DNA of 64,000 nt from contig NC_058368.1 of NCBI RefSeq assembly GCF_018350175.1, positions 137,642,001 through 137,706,000 of the forward strand. Direction: 5' to 3'. Below are positions 1 to 11,810 of this stretch, in pieces; the stretch's first letter is position 1; each line of letters begins with the position of its first letter. This stretch comes from Felis catus. Taxonomy: Eukaryota. A program made the translations under genes and the position numbers. Under the pieces are notes generated by a model, which had not been told where the DNA came from, did not search any database, and saw only the letters and a program-made list of their open reading frames with translations.

Positions 1-129
1 GAATCGGAAACAGGCTCCAGACTCTGAGCCATCAGCCCAGAGCCTGACGCGGGGCTCGAACTCTCGGACTGCGAGATCGTGACCTGGCTGAAGTCGGACG
101 CTTAACCGACTGCGCCACCCAGGCGCCCC
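1..129 (-). mobile_element. Can-SINE (young SINEC_Fc type), cut by window edge
   Basis: Reverse complement of GGGGCGCCTGGGTGGCGCAGTCGGTTAAGCGTCCGACTTCAGCCAGGTCACG head, CpGs intact. Confidence 0.95.
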
Positions 130-139
130 GGTCATTTTT

Positions 140-290
140 TTTTTAAATCAACATGCATTGCATTAGTTTCACGTATACCACATAGTTACTATCCATCACC
201 ATGGATAGTTACATAATTTTTCTTGTGATGAGAACTTTTAAGATGTACTCTCTTGGCACCTTGCAAATATACAATACATTGCTGGTATTT
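140..290 (-). mobile_element. Old L1 (L1MA-like) 3' end fragment
   Basis: gtgatgagaacttttaagatgtactctcttggcaccttgcaaatatacaataca resembles an antisense L1MA 3' UTR. Confidence 0.55.
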
Positions 291-1059
291 TTGAAGGGGC
301 ACCGTGAGGCTGGTCTGGGTGTGTTGCAGGGGGACGCCTAGAAATTGGAACTGTCACAGCCAGAATGATGAAATCTACTGACAGTAACAGCAAGCAAAAC
401 AGGAAATAGTAATTTCTTTCTCTTGCAGTCTCCCTCCAGTGCGCCCTATGGGCAGAGCCTAACATGGAGCCACCTGGCAAAGGAAAAATCTCCTTGGTAG
501 AGTCTTCGCTAAAGCAGAGTACCTAAGGATGGTTTGGAGCTTAGTTACCAGCATAGGGGTCTTTTTTTTTCTCATCCTAAAATAATCTTATTGTTTTAAA
601 TGTCTCTTTCCATGATGAAATACATTAATGGCTGAAATATCAGGCAATCTACTCAAATGTAAATGTAACACCGTACGTAATTCTAGACGTTATCTACATA
701 TGCAAATCATGTATACATAAGAATTAAATTAAGCACATCATTAATTAAGTAGGATCTAAACTAAGAAATGACTAAAGTCAAAATGACTTTAGAGGGAAAA
801 GCAGAGTCAGATGTTATTTTGTGGTCGTGGGTGTCCAGGGCCCCGCTGCCATGAAGCTGCAGTGGTCAAATATGCAAGTGACCCCAGGCCCTGGAGCTCA
901 GCATCATTTTCTTGATTGACTATAACCTGGTTGTTAAAAGGGTGAAATGATACCATGCATATTAAATATCCAGAATCATGCCTGGTCCATAATATGTTCA
1001 ATGAACCCTAACACTTTTTTTCGGATATAAGCACTGGGTTCCCCGCCTCCCCCTTCATT

Positions 1060-1190
1060 CTGTTCATGTATTACATTGATTGGCTTTTGAATGTTGAACT
1101 ATCCTTGCATTCCAAGAATAAATCCCACTTGGTTGTCATAGCACATAATCATTTTAATATGCTGTTGAATTCAGTTTGTTAGGGGTTTGT
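1060..1190 (-). mobile_element. Old L1 ORF2 fragment
   Basis: attacattgattggcttttgaatgttgaactatccttgcattccaagaataaatcccacttggttgtcat is typical antisense L1 ORF2. Confidence 0.65.
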
Positions 1191-2249
1191 TTTGTTTTGT
1201 TTTTTAATTGTTATTTACCATATACACAGAGTTTGAGCTTTTGGAGGGAGAAGCTAAATCAAGGTGACCTTGAAAGTGTAACAAGAGAATTTCCTGGACT
1301 GTCTGCTGTGAAAGTCATTCCAGTTTTGCTCTCATGGGGTATTTTCATAAAGGCGATCCCTCCGCCCTGCTCCTTCAGTGTTCCCAGTTACTCTCTTAGC
1401 TGCAAGTGGACATAGCTACAGACAAATGAAAAATATAAACTGAGTGGTTTAGAAGAAGAATTTTGAGAGCCTAGCTTTTTCTAAATGCCAAGGACTGTTT
1501 CAACTGTTAACTCAGGGATTAAGAGCATGAAAAGAATGTCAGGCTAGCTGATCAGAATTTTTATGATTAGAGAGAAAAGCTGGCTTCTCTGGGTCTTTGA
1601 TCTAGCTCAGCGGGAAAAGCGGCAGAGAGCTTCAAATGCACCACCAGCCCATCTGGCTGCTTAAGGACACATCTGGGACGATATCCGAGGGGGGTCACCT
1701 GCTTGCTTTCCCAGCTGGAAATGAAGTCAGAGATTACAGGCCTTGTCCCGTAGCAGAGGGGAGGTGTTTTGGGTGGGAAACAAAGTCCACTGGTCTTCCA
1801 GCAGCTCTTGGGATTAACTTGGAGTAGGTTAACAAAGATTCCGATGATAAAAGCCACTCGGGGCATTCACACTTCCTTGGAAGTTTTGATTCTGTTGGTC
1901 TGAGTTAGGAACTTAGATTTTGCCCTTAAAGAAAGTGGCCCTGGTGATTTGTATCATTAGGAAAGTTTGGAAGCCTCGTCTAGGGCAAGAGAGCAACTCT
2001 TTTCCCAGACCTCTGCTTATTAATGGGAAAGGGAGCTAATATAATATTTGACCACTGAAGAGACACATCTGTTTGGGTAAGGCCTGTCCAGGAAAGGAAG
2101 GGGATTACAGTTACTATTCTGTGGAGGAACAAATTTATGGGGCCGCTTTCGAGTTCTGCAATCATGAATGACCGATAATGTCATTAAAGGTCAAGCTTTC
2201 TTCTCTGAATTAGCTTGAGTTTGGTTGCAAACACAGCAGGCTTAAAAAG

Positions 2250-2345
2250 CCACCGAACATGGAGCCTGCTGTAGATTCTCTCTCTCCTTCTACCCCTCCC
2301 CTCAAAAAAAACAATTAATAAAAAAAAAATGTTCCCTTTAAAAAA
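2250..2345 (+). mobile_element. 5'-truncated Can-SINE 3' half
   Basis: atggagcctgctgtagattctctctctccttctacccctcccctc followed by an A-rich tail. Confidence 0.7.
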
Positions 2346-2894
2346 AGAGCCGGTGTTGACTTCACCTTGGAGACCAGGGACCGTGCTGCCACCACAGAGG
2401 GAGGGTCGGCAGCAGGTGTCCCCTAGATGCCAGGTCATACCTGACGCTCATTCAACTTTTGCCACTGATGTGGTGCATAGGAAGGTTTCCTAGGGGGTCC
2501 TTCCTCACCCCTGGTTGGAACTGTTCCCCAAGGCTGAAAGCAAAAGGCATATGGGCTGACCAGAAGACAGCAGCGCCTAAGAGCTCGGTGAGGGCTGTGG
2601 GTGGTTAAGGGTCATCACAGGTCGAGCCCCCTGACGTGGGAAGGACGACACAGTCAAGAAATGTGTGTCTGTTCCCTTCCAGGGAGTTGACCCAGCAGGA
2701 AAAGCGGGTTAGGTGTCTGAGCATGCGATGGGTACATCAAGGGCCCCTGCTCTGCCAGAGGCCCCGGAGGTCCCTCTGCCGTTTCTAGAATCCTGGTTTT
2801 GGCAGGATGCAAACAGGGCCCGGGAGCGGTTCCTTTAGCATCTAGAAAAGCACCTCATGGCACAAAAGGACAGGCTCAAACACTTTTTGAATTC

Positions 2895-2927
2895 ATGAAT
2901 GAATGAATGAATGAATGAATGTGAATG
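2895..2927. repeat. (GAAT)n microsatellite
   Basis: atgaatgaatgaatgaatgaatgaat... Confidence 0.9.
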
Positions 2928-2999
2928 AGAAAGGGCTTGTCACTGAATTGTAAAACAGAGGCCCGCCAATCGTGGACAATGTAGAAGAAAACTTCAAGC

Positions 3000-3180
3000 T
3001 TCATTTCTCAGACCTTTACTCTTCTAAACAAAGTTCAGGCCTCTGCCTGTTATACTCTGTTAACCACAGAGGCCCAAAGTTCTTCCATAACTAATCGGAG
3101 CCTGTGATTGCTTTGCTGTGCTCTGAGGAGCTCTCATAATCCCTTTCCCCTCCGGGAAGCGGGGTGATTGCGTGCGGACG
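3000..3180 (+). promoter_or_regulatory. TMEM174 proximal promoter / 5' UTR with HNF4-like DR1 motifs
   Basis: Directly upstream of the ATG. agacctttactct (3010-3022), taaaCAAAGTTCA (3026-3037) and ggccCAAAGTTCt (3071-3083) resemble HNF4/DR1 sites. TSS cannot be determined from sequence. Confidence 0.55.
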
Positions 3181-3806
3181 ATGGAGCAGGGCGGCAGCCG
3201 CTTGGACGACTTCCCTCTCAACGTGTTTTCGGTCACTCCTTACACACCCAGTACCGCTGACATCCAGGTGTCCGATGATGACAAGGCAGGGGCCACCTTG
3301 CTCTTCTCAGGCATCTTCCTGGGACTAGTGGGGATCACGTTCACCATCATGGGCTGGATCAAATACCAAGGTGTCTCTCACTTTGAATGGACCCAGCTCC
3401 TTGGGCCCATCCTGCTATCGGTCGGAGTGACATTCATCCTGATTGCTGTGTGCAAGTTCAAAATGCTCTCCTGCCAGGTGTGCAAAGAAAGTGAGGAAAG
3501 GGCTCTGGATTCGGAGCAGACGGCGGGAGGACAATCATTTGTTTTCACTGGTATCAACCAGCCCATCACCTTCCATGGGGCCACTGTGGTGCAATATATC
3601 CCTCCTCCCTATGGCTCTCAAGAGCCCCTTGGGATCAACGCCGCCTACCTGCAGCCAGTGGTGAACCCCTGTGGTCTCATACCACCTGGAGGGGTGGTGA
3701 CGGCCACGCCAAGTCCTCCTCAGTACTACACCATCTACCCTCCAGACAACGCCACGTTTATTGGAGAGCAAGACTACTCTTCGATCGTGGCTGGTGGAAA
3801 TGACAG
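3181..3806 (+). CDS. TMEM174: TMEM174 coding exon 1 (transmembrane protein 174, kidney proximal tubule)
   Basis: ATG at 3181 in strong Kozak context (acgATGG). Translation MEQGGSRLDDFPLNVFSVTPYTPSTADIQVSDDDKAGATLLFSGIFLGLVGITFT... is recognisable as TMEM174, with two hydrophobic segments. Ends at donor GACAG|GTACGT (3806/3807), phase 2. Confidence 0.96.
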
Positions 3807-3996
3807 GTACGTGGTGTGGAGGGGGGACGGTCCCCTTGCGGGTGTCACAGTCACAGCCCGTGACTTTGTCCGGTCTAGAAGGAAGGTGCCGGGAGAATGC
3901 GAAGGTCTGTGTGGCCTCTTCCCAGGGTGGCGGCGTCGGCTCTGAGACACGCGTCGTGGGCTGTAACGGGTCTGTGTTTTCTGCTCCCACTGCCAG
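3807..3996 (+). other. TMEM174: TMEM174 intron (190 nt, GT-AG)
   Basis: Donor gtacgt at 3807; pyrimidine tract tctgtgttttctgctcccactgccAG ending at 3996. Splicing restores the frame (AG+G = Arg) and gives 243 aa, the length I recall for human TMEM174. Confidence 0.92.
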
Positions 3997-4102
3997 GTCC
4001 GGCCCTGATGCTGACCAGCTGGAAGAGACACAGCTGGGAGAAGAGGACTCCACCTGCTTCTCTCCTCCTCCCTATGAGGAAATATACTCCCTTCCTCGCT
4101 AG
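3997..4102 (+). CDS. TMEM174: TMEM174 coding exon 2 ((R)SGPDADQLEETQLGEEDSTCFSPPPYEEIYSLPR*)
   Basis: 106 nt in frame after splicing, TAG at 4100-4102. Total CDS 732 nt = 243 aa + stop. Confidence 0.94.
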
Positions 4103-4642
4103 ACCATGATGCTGAGGGAACAGCATTTAAGTCATTGTTGCTGACGAATGAGGTGTCGGATGCCGTGACTTTCAGAGTCTAGACAGTAGGACAGCCTCGG
4201 CAGCCTGATGGAGACCGTTCAAGGGGGTGCGGTGGGAGGGGAAATGGGAACCAACATGTCTCAGATTGGTAAAAATTAGGCCCGGGGTGGGGGGATATTT
4301 CCTTCTGGTACAGCTGGACATTCCCGCATATGGTTCATGGGCAGAAATTTTATTTCTTTGTCCACAACCCACCCCTTGCCAGGAAGGCACTGGTGTCTCA
4401 ATTTGAGCTCCGGCAGCCAAGGGAAACATCACGGCTGCTGGGACTCTAGAAGTTTCCATGGAAGTGAGAGTGGGGGGGTGGGTAGCAGGTGGGCAAGAGA
4501 AAATAGGCTCACCTGGAGATTTCCCAGGGCCGGTTCTCAGCCCCTCAAAGGGGGTTTGCAGATCCCCAAACAACTCGGTTGCCATCCGGCGTCCCCTGAG
4601 GGCTCTGGGTATCTTAACGGCTGCAAAACATTTTAACAGCTG

Positions 4643-4749
4643 AATAAAGTAAAATAACGTCTCCTGTTCAAAAAGTATTAGGTAGCTGGCTACAAAATAA
4701 AATAATAACCATACAAAATAAATAATAATAGGATAATGATGTCAATAAA
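4643..4749 (+). terminator. Cluster of candidate polyadenylation signals in the TMEM174 3' UTR
   Basis: AATAAA at 4643, 4696, 4717 and 4744. A downstream ATTAAA near 5240 is an alternative, so the true 3' end is unknown. Confidence 0.45.
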
Positions 4750-7700
4750 TCCTTAAGTTATCACTGGGTCACAAGGACTACTGGCAAGGCTAAAGCTTGA
4801 TGGGTCCACCCAGGCTAGGATCTCTGCTGGACGCAAGCCACCTGGGCCCAGGGACCAACAGAACATGGGTGCTTCTATAAGCACCTGTTGATGAGTTCTG
4901 CTCAATTAGACAAAATAGAGCCTCGTGTCCATACCCGGAAAATCATGGATCATGGAAACAATCTTTATGGTCAACAGAAGCTCATCTTCTATATAAAAGA
5001 AGTTGGTGGCTTTAATCTCCCTGAATCTGAACTGGGTAATAAACCACCACCACGGATCGAAGACTTTAGAAGAGACAGTTACGACCATTGAGTTTTAAAA
5101 GAAAATATTTTCCTGTCACTCGAGATAAGGGAGGCTCATCCCAGAGGAAGACAGGATTCAGCAATTCCTTAACGTTTTGGTACCATGTTCATGATTTTTA
5201 CTAATTTTTATCAAAAACATCTCATTTTCCAAGGATATGATTAAAATATGCTTGGTTTATTATTATTGTGATCTGTATTATATCTTAGGAACAAAACCTT
5301 TTTATATGAGAATTCGTTTTGATGTGTGATGATAGAAAGTAATGGAAAAAAGTGATTCTGTTTACAGAAACAATAGTCATGAAATACTGGATTCCTAACT
5401 GAGAGCCACTGGTTCTGGGGAGGAAGTCTGGGGACAGGGACACAGCTGAGCATCACCTGTGGCATGCCTACTGGCAATGACACTTGGAGCCCTGCGTGCC
5501 TGCTTCCCTCACCCCTTGCTCTGCTCATCCTCCCCCATCCCACAACTCTATATTCCTGGATTTCAGTTATAATGAGCATCAAGGGAAGGTCAAATCACAA
5601 AAAGATGTTTGGAAAGGGTGTCCATGTGTAGAAGCAGGCCAGGCAGGAAAGCCGATTTATCTCAGTGATGCCACGAGTCCCACACGCAGGGAAGTGGCCT
5701 TGGGGAGTTTTTAGCTCCAGGCAACAAAATTACTCAGCACCATCCCTGTTCCAAGAAAGAGAAAAAGTGCCAACACAGAGGTCATCGCTGCCTCCGAAGA
5801 CTGTGCATCAGAGTGTCAGGAGCTCGAGGTGGGTGGCAGGCCTGGAACAGTCAGGGGGTGGGAAAATGAGAACTTGTTCATTCAACTTCTACTCCCTGGT
5901 AGGACATGGGCCAAGTGGGGATAGAACAGTGAGAAAGCCCACCAACAGAAGAGCAGAGCTTCTAGTCTAGGAGGGGAGACAGATCTGATCAACTACTCTC
6001 CGACATCCAGGAGGGGTCTCATAGCTCTGGACCGGTCAGGAGGATCATGAGGGCTTGCTTGAGGAAGTGAAGTCAAGGCCCCTGCCTTGCAGAACCCCAG
6101 GGAGCACTGTTCACGCAGGAAAGCTTTGTGACGGATGTCTCTTGACCTCTGAGGACTGTCCTGGTAGCTGAGGGAACAGTAGCTGATACCCAAAGAGAAG
6201 GAGGGAGATGCCTGGCAATCCCCCCTAAGCGGGAGGCAGTATTAAGGGGGCACCTTACAGGCTGTGTAAACAGTATTCCTCTGCTACTGCAGGGCACCAA
6301 ATAGAGGGGCCTTCTGCTACCCGAGAATTACATCCACCTGCTCTCTTGCTTCAAGACACCATGGTCTCTGTCTTCACTCGGGGGTTGCAGGTGCCAGCAT
6401 GATAGAAAACCCACTGAATGGCTTTTGGATTCCAACACTGAGTCTGTGCTCGGTCTCTTTGACTGGAAGAGTTTTTAGTTTGTCATCCGGATATTTGCCT
6501 TTTATCATTCTTTCTGTCAGTATCTTATGAGGGATGAATGGAGGACTGTGATGTGGGGCTAGTGAATCAGAGTCTGTCCGGCCCCTGCTATGCTATCCAC
6601 CCTGAGATTATCAGTGTGCAAAGTGGCCCTGGCTTTGGGAACGTGCTCAAAGTTTCGGTGCCCAGGCCAGAACCTTTAGGGCCTTGTCAGCCTTGTCAGC
6701 CATTTTAGTCTGTGTCGGCAGAGCAACTGGAAAGCCATTGAATGCTCTTAATGAGGAGGGAGCTGTGATAATGATTCTGAACACTTACTGGCTAGGGTAA
6801 ACCCAGTGTCACATAGGGTGTAACATTGACTTTGCTGGCAAAGCTCAGATCTAGGTTACCCCAACACCAGGAGACACTTCTCCACCCTCAGCCTTTAGCG
6901 GGACACCGTGTGTGGGTGCGTTCTGGCCATCTATATAGAATTCAAAAGAAAGCTAAAAGGCCTTGTTAATCAAAGGAGACAGGTTTCTGAAGAATGTAAT
7001 GTTGTGTGGAAACTTCTCCTGGGAGCCGACTTGGGCTGGGCCTTTTGGCTGGACAGACTGATAACACCTCAGGATCTTGACAGGGCAGGAGAGGGATTAT
7101 CTAGGCCTGTGAAGTGAGGCCCAGCCACCAAGGGGAAGAAGCTTTCACAGAGCTCCTGGGACTTCTTCTTGATCCATTTGGGCCAACCAAGGACTGGATC
7201 TCTTGTGCAATCTGGGTGTGTGTTTCCTCCCTTCTACAGAACTCCAGAGGGAGGGGTCCTGCAGAGGTGGAGGGCTTCCCAGAGCCTGCGATCAATCAAT
7301 CCTTTCCCTTTGGCTCCACTGTGCCGGGCACTGATCTGAGTTTCAAGCTCTTTGCTACAAAACCAGCCATTTAAATAATGCTCTCCCCACTTTTTTTTTT
7401 TTTTGACAGAGGGCGGGGTACATCATAAAAATAAAGACTCTTGTTTGTGAAGAGCTGGTTGTGGGTGTCTGTTTTCAGCTTCTGACCTCTGGAGCGCCTC
7501 ATGGGCCTTGTTTACTGTTGGATCCCTGGAGCAGGCCTGGCTGAAACCCTGCACCCCAGGCGGCTGATGTTTCTCCCCCAAACAGAAGCTCCTCGTAGTA
7601 ACCGTTGTCAGGTAGACTCCTTTTATCAACAAAGAAAGCTTCCCACCTAGTTCTCAGTAGTGTCCCTGCCCGTTGAGATAACCAGGGTGCTGTCTGCAGA

Positions 7701-7854
7701 ACGCAACTCACACCACTTGGCATTCACCAAAGGCCTCATGCAGAGCCCTCTGCACAACGAACACCCGGCTCCTGTTGAGTAACAAATATGAAATAAATAA
7801 ATGAAGAGCTTTCCAAATGGCTGATACATGACCGCTTCAACTTAGCTGTTCTGC

Positions 7855-8570
7855 TGTTTTCTACATTGTGAAACATTTCAAACAACTACAAGGGTAGAGA
7901 GAATAGTACATGAAACCCTGCGGGGTCATCCATTACCCAACCTCAAAACTCATGGCCGAGCTTGTTTCACTGACACCCCCACCCACAATCCCCCCACCTG
8001 GATTTTTATTATTTTTTTTCAGGGTTTTTCCTCTTTCTATTTTATTTTGTAAAGATTTTTTTTTTTTAATTGAGGTATAACTGACATCTAACATTATGTT
8101 AGTTTCGGGTGTACAATATAATGATTTGCCAGTTGTATAACCCAACTGGATATTTGATTGATTGATTGATTGACTGATTGACAGAGGAAGAGTGTGAGGT
8201 GTGGAGGGGTAGAGCGGGGAGGGAGAGAAAGAGAGAGAAAATCTTAAATAGGCTCCATGTTCAGTGCAGAGCTCAATCCCATGATCCTGGGACCATGACC
8301 TGAGCCAAAATCAAGAGTCTGATGCTTAACTGACTGTGCCACCCAGGCATCCCCAACTGGATGTTTAAAAAGTAAATCACATCATCTTAAAAATATTTCA
8401 TTGTGTATCTTTAAAAGGTAAAGACTCAAAAAAAGAGTCATGCCATGATTACACCTAAAAAATGTACACTTCCTTAAGGTCATCAAATATCTAAATCACT
8501 GTTCAACTTACTCCCAATCTTCTCTATTTTATTTTTACCTCTTCATTTTGCTTCATTCAAAAACCAAATG
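7855..8570 (-). mobile_element. Old L1 (L1MC-like) fragment hosting an L1 3'-end insert (~8005-8140) and a Can-SINE
   Basis: tgtgaaacatttcaaacaactacaagggtagagagaatagtacatgaaaccc...; insert ttgaggtataactgacatctaacattatgttagtttcgggtgtacaatataatgatt is an antisense L1 3' terminus. Confidence 0.6.
8156..8353 (-). mobile_element. Can-SINE (older, diverged)
   Basis: (attg)n tail, then ...tgcttaactgactgtgccacccaggcatccc; flanked by cccaactggat(a/g)ttt. Confidence 0.85.
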
Positions 8571-9219
8571 AGATTAGCTTTTTGCTAAATGCATCCTAAG
8601 TTTCTAGTTACCTTATACTGTATTTTGGGAGGCAGACAACCAGAAAATTGTTCACAGTAGCAGATTCATATTTATTAAATTTCACTTTCCAACCCAAAAT
8701 GTTTTTCAAGATTTTTTACTTTATATCTCCTCCTTTGTCACTTCCCTGAAACTCTAAGACTTCCCTGGAAGAAGAAACTTATTTCTTCTAATTTTTGCAC
8801 ATTATTAGAGATTTTTTTCTAAACATAGGCCTAGAAAAAATACATACACAAAAACACAAAGCAATCTTTAAGTGAATGTTTAGTTGATAATTATGAGTTG
8901 CTGAATATTTTCAAGAGTATCTGAAAATTCTGGCAACCTTTAGCAGTTTTGACTTGTTAGGCAAAAGTTTTTAGGAAAAAAAAGTTCTTCCCTTCAGAAA
9001 TCATAAAAACTCCTTGGAACATCTCAGAAGTGGAAACCACAGTCTCTGTTTAAGAAATAATTGGCAAAACCTCTTGCTGAACATTAAAATATTACCTGGT
9101 ACAATTTAACTCGCAGAGGTCATTGATTGTGGACCTCTCACCAGTGAGTTCCCAATTCTCCTCAAGTTAAAAATGAATATATTTTCTGGACATGCCTACA
9201 ACTCTTCCTTTGAAGGTGG

Positions 9220-9262
<43 letters not shown>
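9220..9262. repeat. (TG)n microsatellite
   Basis: About 21 uninterrupted TG units. Confidence 0.97.
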
Positions 9263-9264
<2 letters not shown>

Positions 9265-9788
9265 CACCTATACCCTCTTATAGAATGTGATTTATGGATT
9301 TCTTGCCCATTTACTACTAGTAAATCATCAAGAGTTTTATGTCCCAGGCAGTCAGCAGTTGGTTATAAAATCAACAGCGAGCCGTACTAAATAAACCGTT
9401 ACTGGATTGCTCTTAAGAACTGATGACAAATCAGAAAGTGAAGACAACTCCATGGGAATGATTCTCACCTGCCTTTGGGATACCACAAAGGTCTCAGATA
9501 GGGGAATTTTATTTGCCTTGAGCTTTTAAGAAGATTAATAACCAGATGAACTGGGAAGGAAATCAGTTTTCTGGGTTTCAGAAGTTTTCTTCTGGAACAA
9601 AGAATTTGTCCTCTAGCACAAAACCTACACGTGTGTAAATCATACACACAAATATGTCTACACACAACGGGCTGAAAGTGAAGCTTGTGTAAGAAGTCAG
9701 AGATTTTCCTCTTTGAATCTTCCAATTTATTAGTTTAAAAAAATAAAATTTTAAAAGATGGAATGTATGTGTACAGTTTTAAAAAAAA

Positions 9789-9998
9789 TTTTTTTTTAAT
9801 TTATTTATTTTTGGGACAGAGAGAGACAGAGCATGAATGGGGGAGGGTCAGAGAAAGAGGGAGACACAGAATCTGAAACGGGCTCCAGGCTCTGAGCCGT
9901 CAGCACAGAGCCCAACACGGGGCTCGAACTCACGGACCATGAGATCATGACCTGAGGTGAAGTCGGCCGCTTAACCGACTGAGCCACCCAGGCGCCCC
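9789..9998 (-). mobile_element. Can-SINE (SINEC_Fc)
   Basis: Full length; TSD tacagtttt. Confidence 0.95.
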
Positions 9999-10121
9999 TA
10001 CAGTTTTTAAAATAGATTTAATATGTCTTAATGAATACATAAGGGCTGGTAATAATCGTTTCTGGAGCAGAGGATGGGAAGGTCATTTTTCACTTTAGTC
10101 CATGCTAATCAATGGATTTTT

Positions 10122-10175
10122 AAAAAATGTTTATTTATTTTGAGAGAGAGAGAGACAGAGCATGAGCAGGGGAGG

Positions 10176-10215
<40 letters not shown>

Positions 10216-10331
10216 CACAGAATCTGAAGCAGGTTCCAGGCTCTGAGCTGTCAGCACAGAACCCACGAGCCGCGAGATCATGACCTGAGCCAAAGTTGGA
10301 CGCTCAACCGACAAAGCCACCCAGGTGCCCC
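10122..10331 (-). mobile_element. Can-SINE (SINEC_Fc) with internal deletion
   Basis: TSD aatggattttt at 10111 and 10333. Confidence 0.93.
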
Positions 10332-11601
10332 TAATGGATTTTTTTTTTTTACCATGCTCATTTACTATCTGTTCACAAAATTATTTTTAGAAAGAGGAAG
10401 AAGAGAAGGAAATGATCTTTCCCCATGTACTTTTACTGTTAACAGCATCTTCTTGAGTCCTAGAGTAAATAATTTTCATTGCCACCGCTGCTTATATATG
10501 CAACAGATATACACACAAGGCACATAGATGCAAATGTGGTATGTTTATACTGTGATATGAATAACACTTTTACATGGACATACACACATAAGGTCTCAGG
10601 AGAGAGAACAGAGTGTTCCATTGTCCGTCACTCACCCTGTGCGGGAAAGATTTTTCACACATATATGTTGTTGCTAAAGTCCTCTGCTGGCTAATGTTCA
10701 ATGTTAGGTAAACAGTGACCAATCTCAATGGAACAACGGCACAGAGAGTCATGAGTCAGATTCCACAGGTTCTTTCTTTGATAGTTTTCTCAACCCAGCC
10801 TCTGCCTCCACACCTTGAAAAACTGCTCACCACAGCAGCAATTCAAGTACCTTGGGACCTTTGGGGATGAAACTGAGAGTAACTCTAGCTACCCAATTTC
10901 CTCATCAGAAGGAGCTGTAGGATTAACTGTGCCCCCCTTCCTACTCTTTCCCACTCCGGATGGGTCTGTGCAAGGACATCAGCGCCTGCAGCAGCCACGG
11001 GCCCTTTCCCTCTGGGTCCCTCCTGCATTCCAGCTGAGGCTTTTCCTTCTGGGCCTCTGGGGCTGGTCTGATCGCCCCGTCAGCCAGGAAGGACTCCCTG
11101 ATCCCTCAACAGTCTGAACAGGAGCCACGAAAACATGCTTGGAATTTTTCAGAAGGCAAAGAGACTGCAAAGGGAAAACAAAAATCTCTGTCTATAAAGC
11201 TCCAAAGAGAACAGGTTTAGACTAGAGCGTGTCTCTGCCTCATTTGGCCCCTCAGAGGTCACTGGGGGCTCACCTTCAGGGGTCACCTTTCTGGTCCCTG
11301 TGCTTAAGTGACACCCTGGCTGACCTCCCAGCTTACTCTGTGGTTCTCAAAGGCCCGTGGCAGGAGGCACCATGGCTACTTAGACTTGTGTACCTGGCGG
11401 ATAGTCTTTCAAAACTGAACAAAGTCAGTTTGTCACTTCAAGGGAAATAACTGACAGCATTTAGTGCTAATGATAACATTGAACCTTTCAAGCGAAAATT
11501 AGTATTTCTGAAAATTTTATTTGTCATCACGAGTTTGACAACTTCCCTAAAACTGGACTTTATTTTTGAGATCAAAGTGGTATTTAAAAATGTCATTTTA
11601 A

Positions 11602-11810
11602 GGGCACCTGGGTGGCTCAGTCTGTTAAGCGTCCAACTCTTGGTTTCGGCTCAGGTCATGATCTCACAGTTCCTGAGTTCAAGCCCCACGTCGGGCTCTG
11701 CACTGACAGGGTGGAGCCTGCTTGGGATTCTCTCTCTCTCTCTGTCTCTCTCTCTGCCCCTCCCTGACCTCTCTCTTTCTCTCTCTCAAAAAAAAAACCA
11801 TAAAAGAATA
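11602..11810 (+). mobile_element. Can-SINE inside Charlie remnant
   Basis: TSD tttaaaaatgt(c/g)atttta. Confidence 0.93.

Noticed and set aside
3172..3180. ORF-track start of TMEM174 at 3172 (MRT extension) and the unspliced 257-aa product as the main protein
   Set aside because: 3172 is GTG. The ATG at 3181 has strong Kozak context, and the spliced 243-aa form fits the known protein.
3535..4053. 172-aa antisense ORF over TMEM174
   Set aside because: Shadow of GC-rich coding sequence; no recognisable domain.
4888..5091. 67-aa ORF with protein-like composition downstream of TMEM174
   Set aside because: No recognisable homology, splice context or retrocopy hallmarks; probably 3' UTR or flank. 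A tblastn/PhyloCSF check would settle it.
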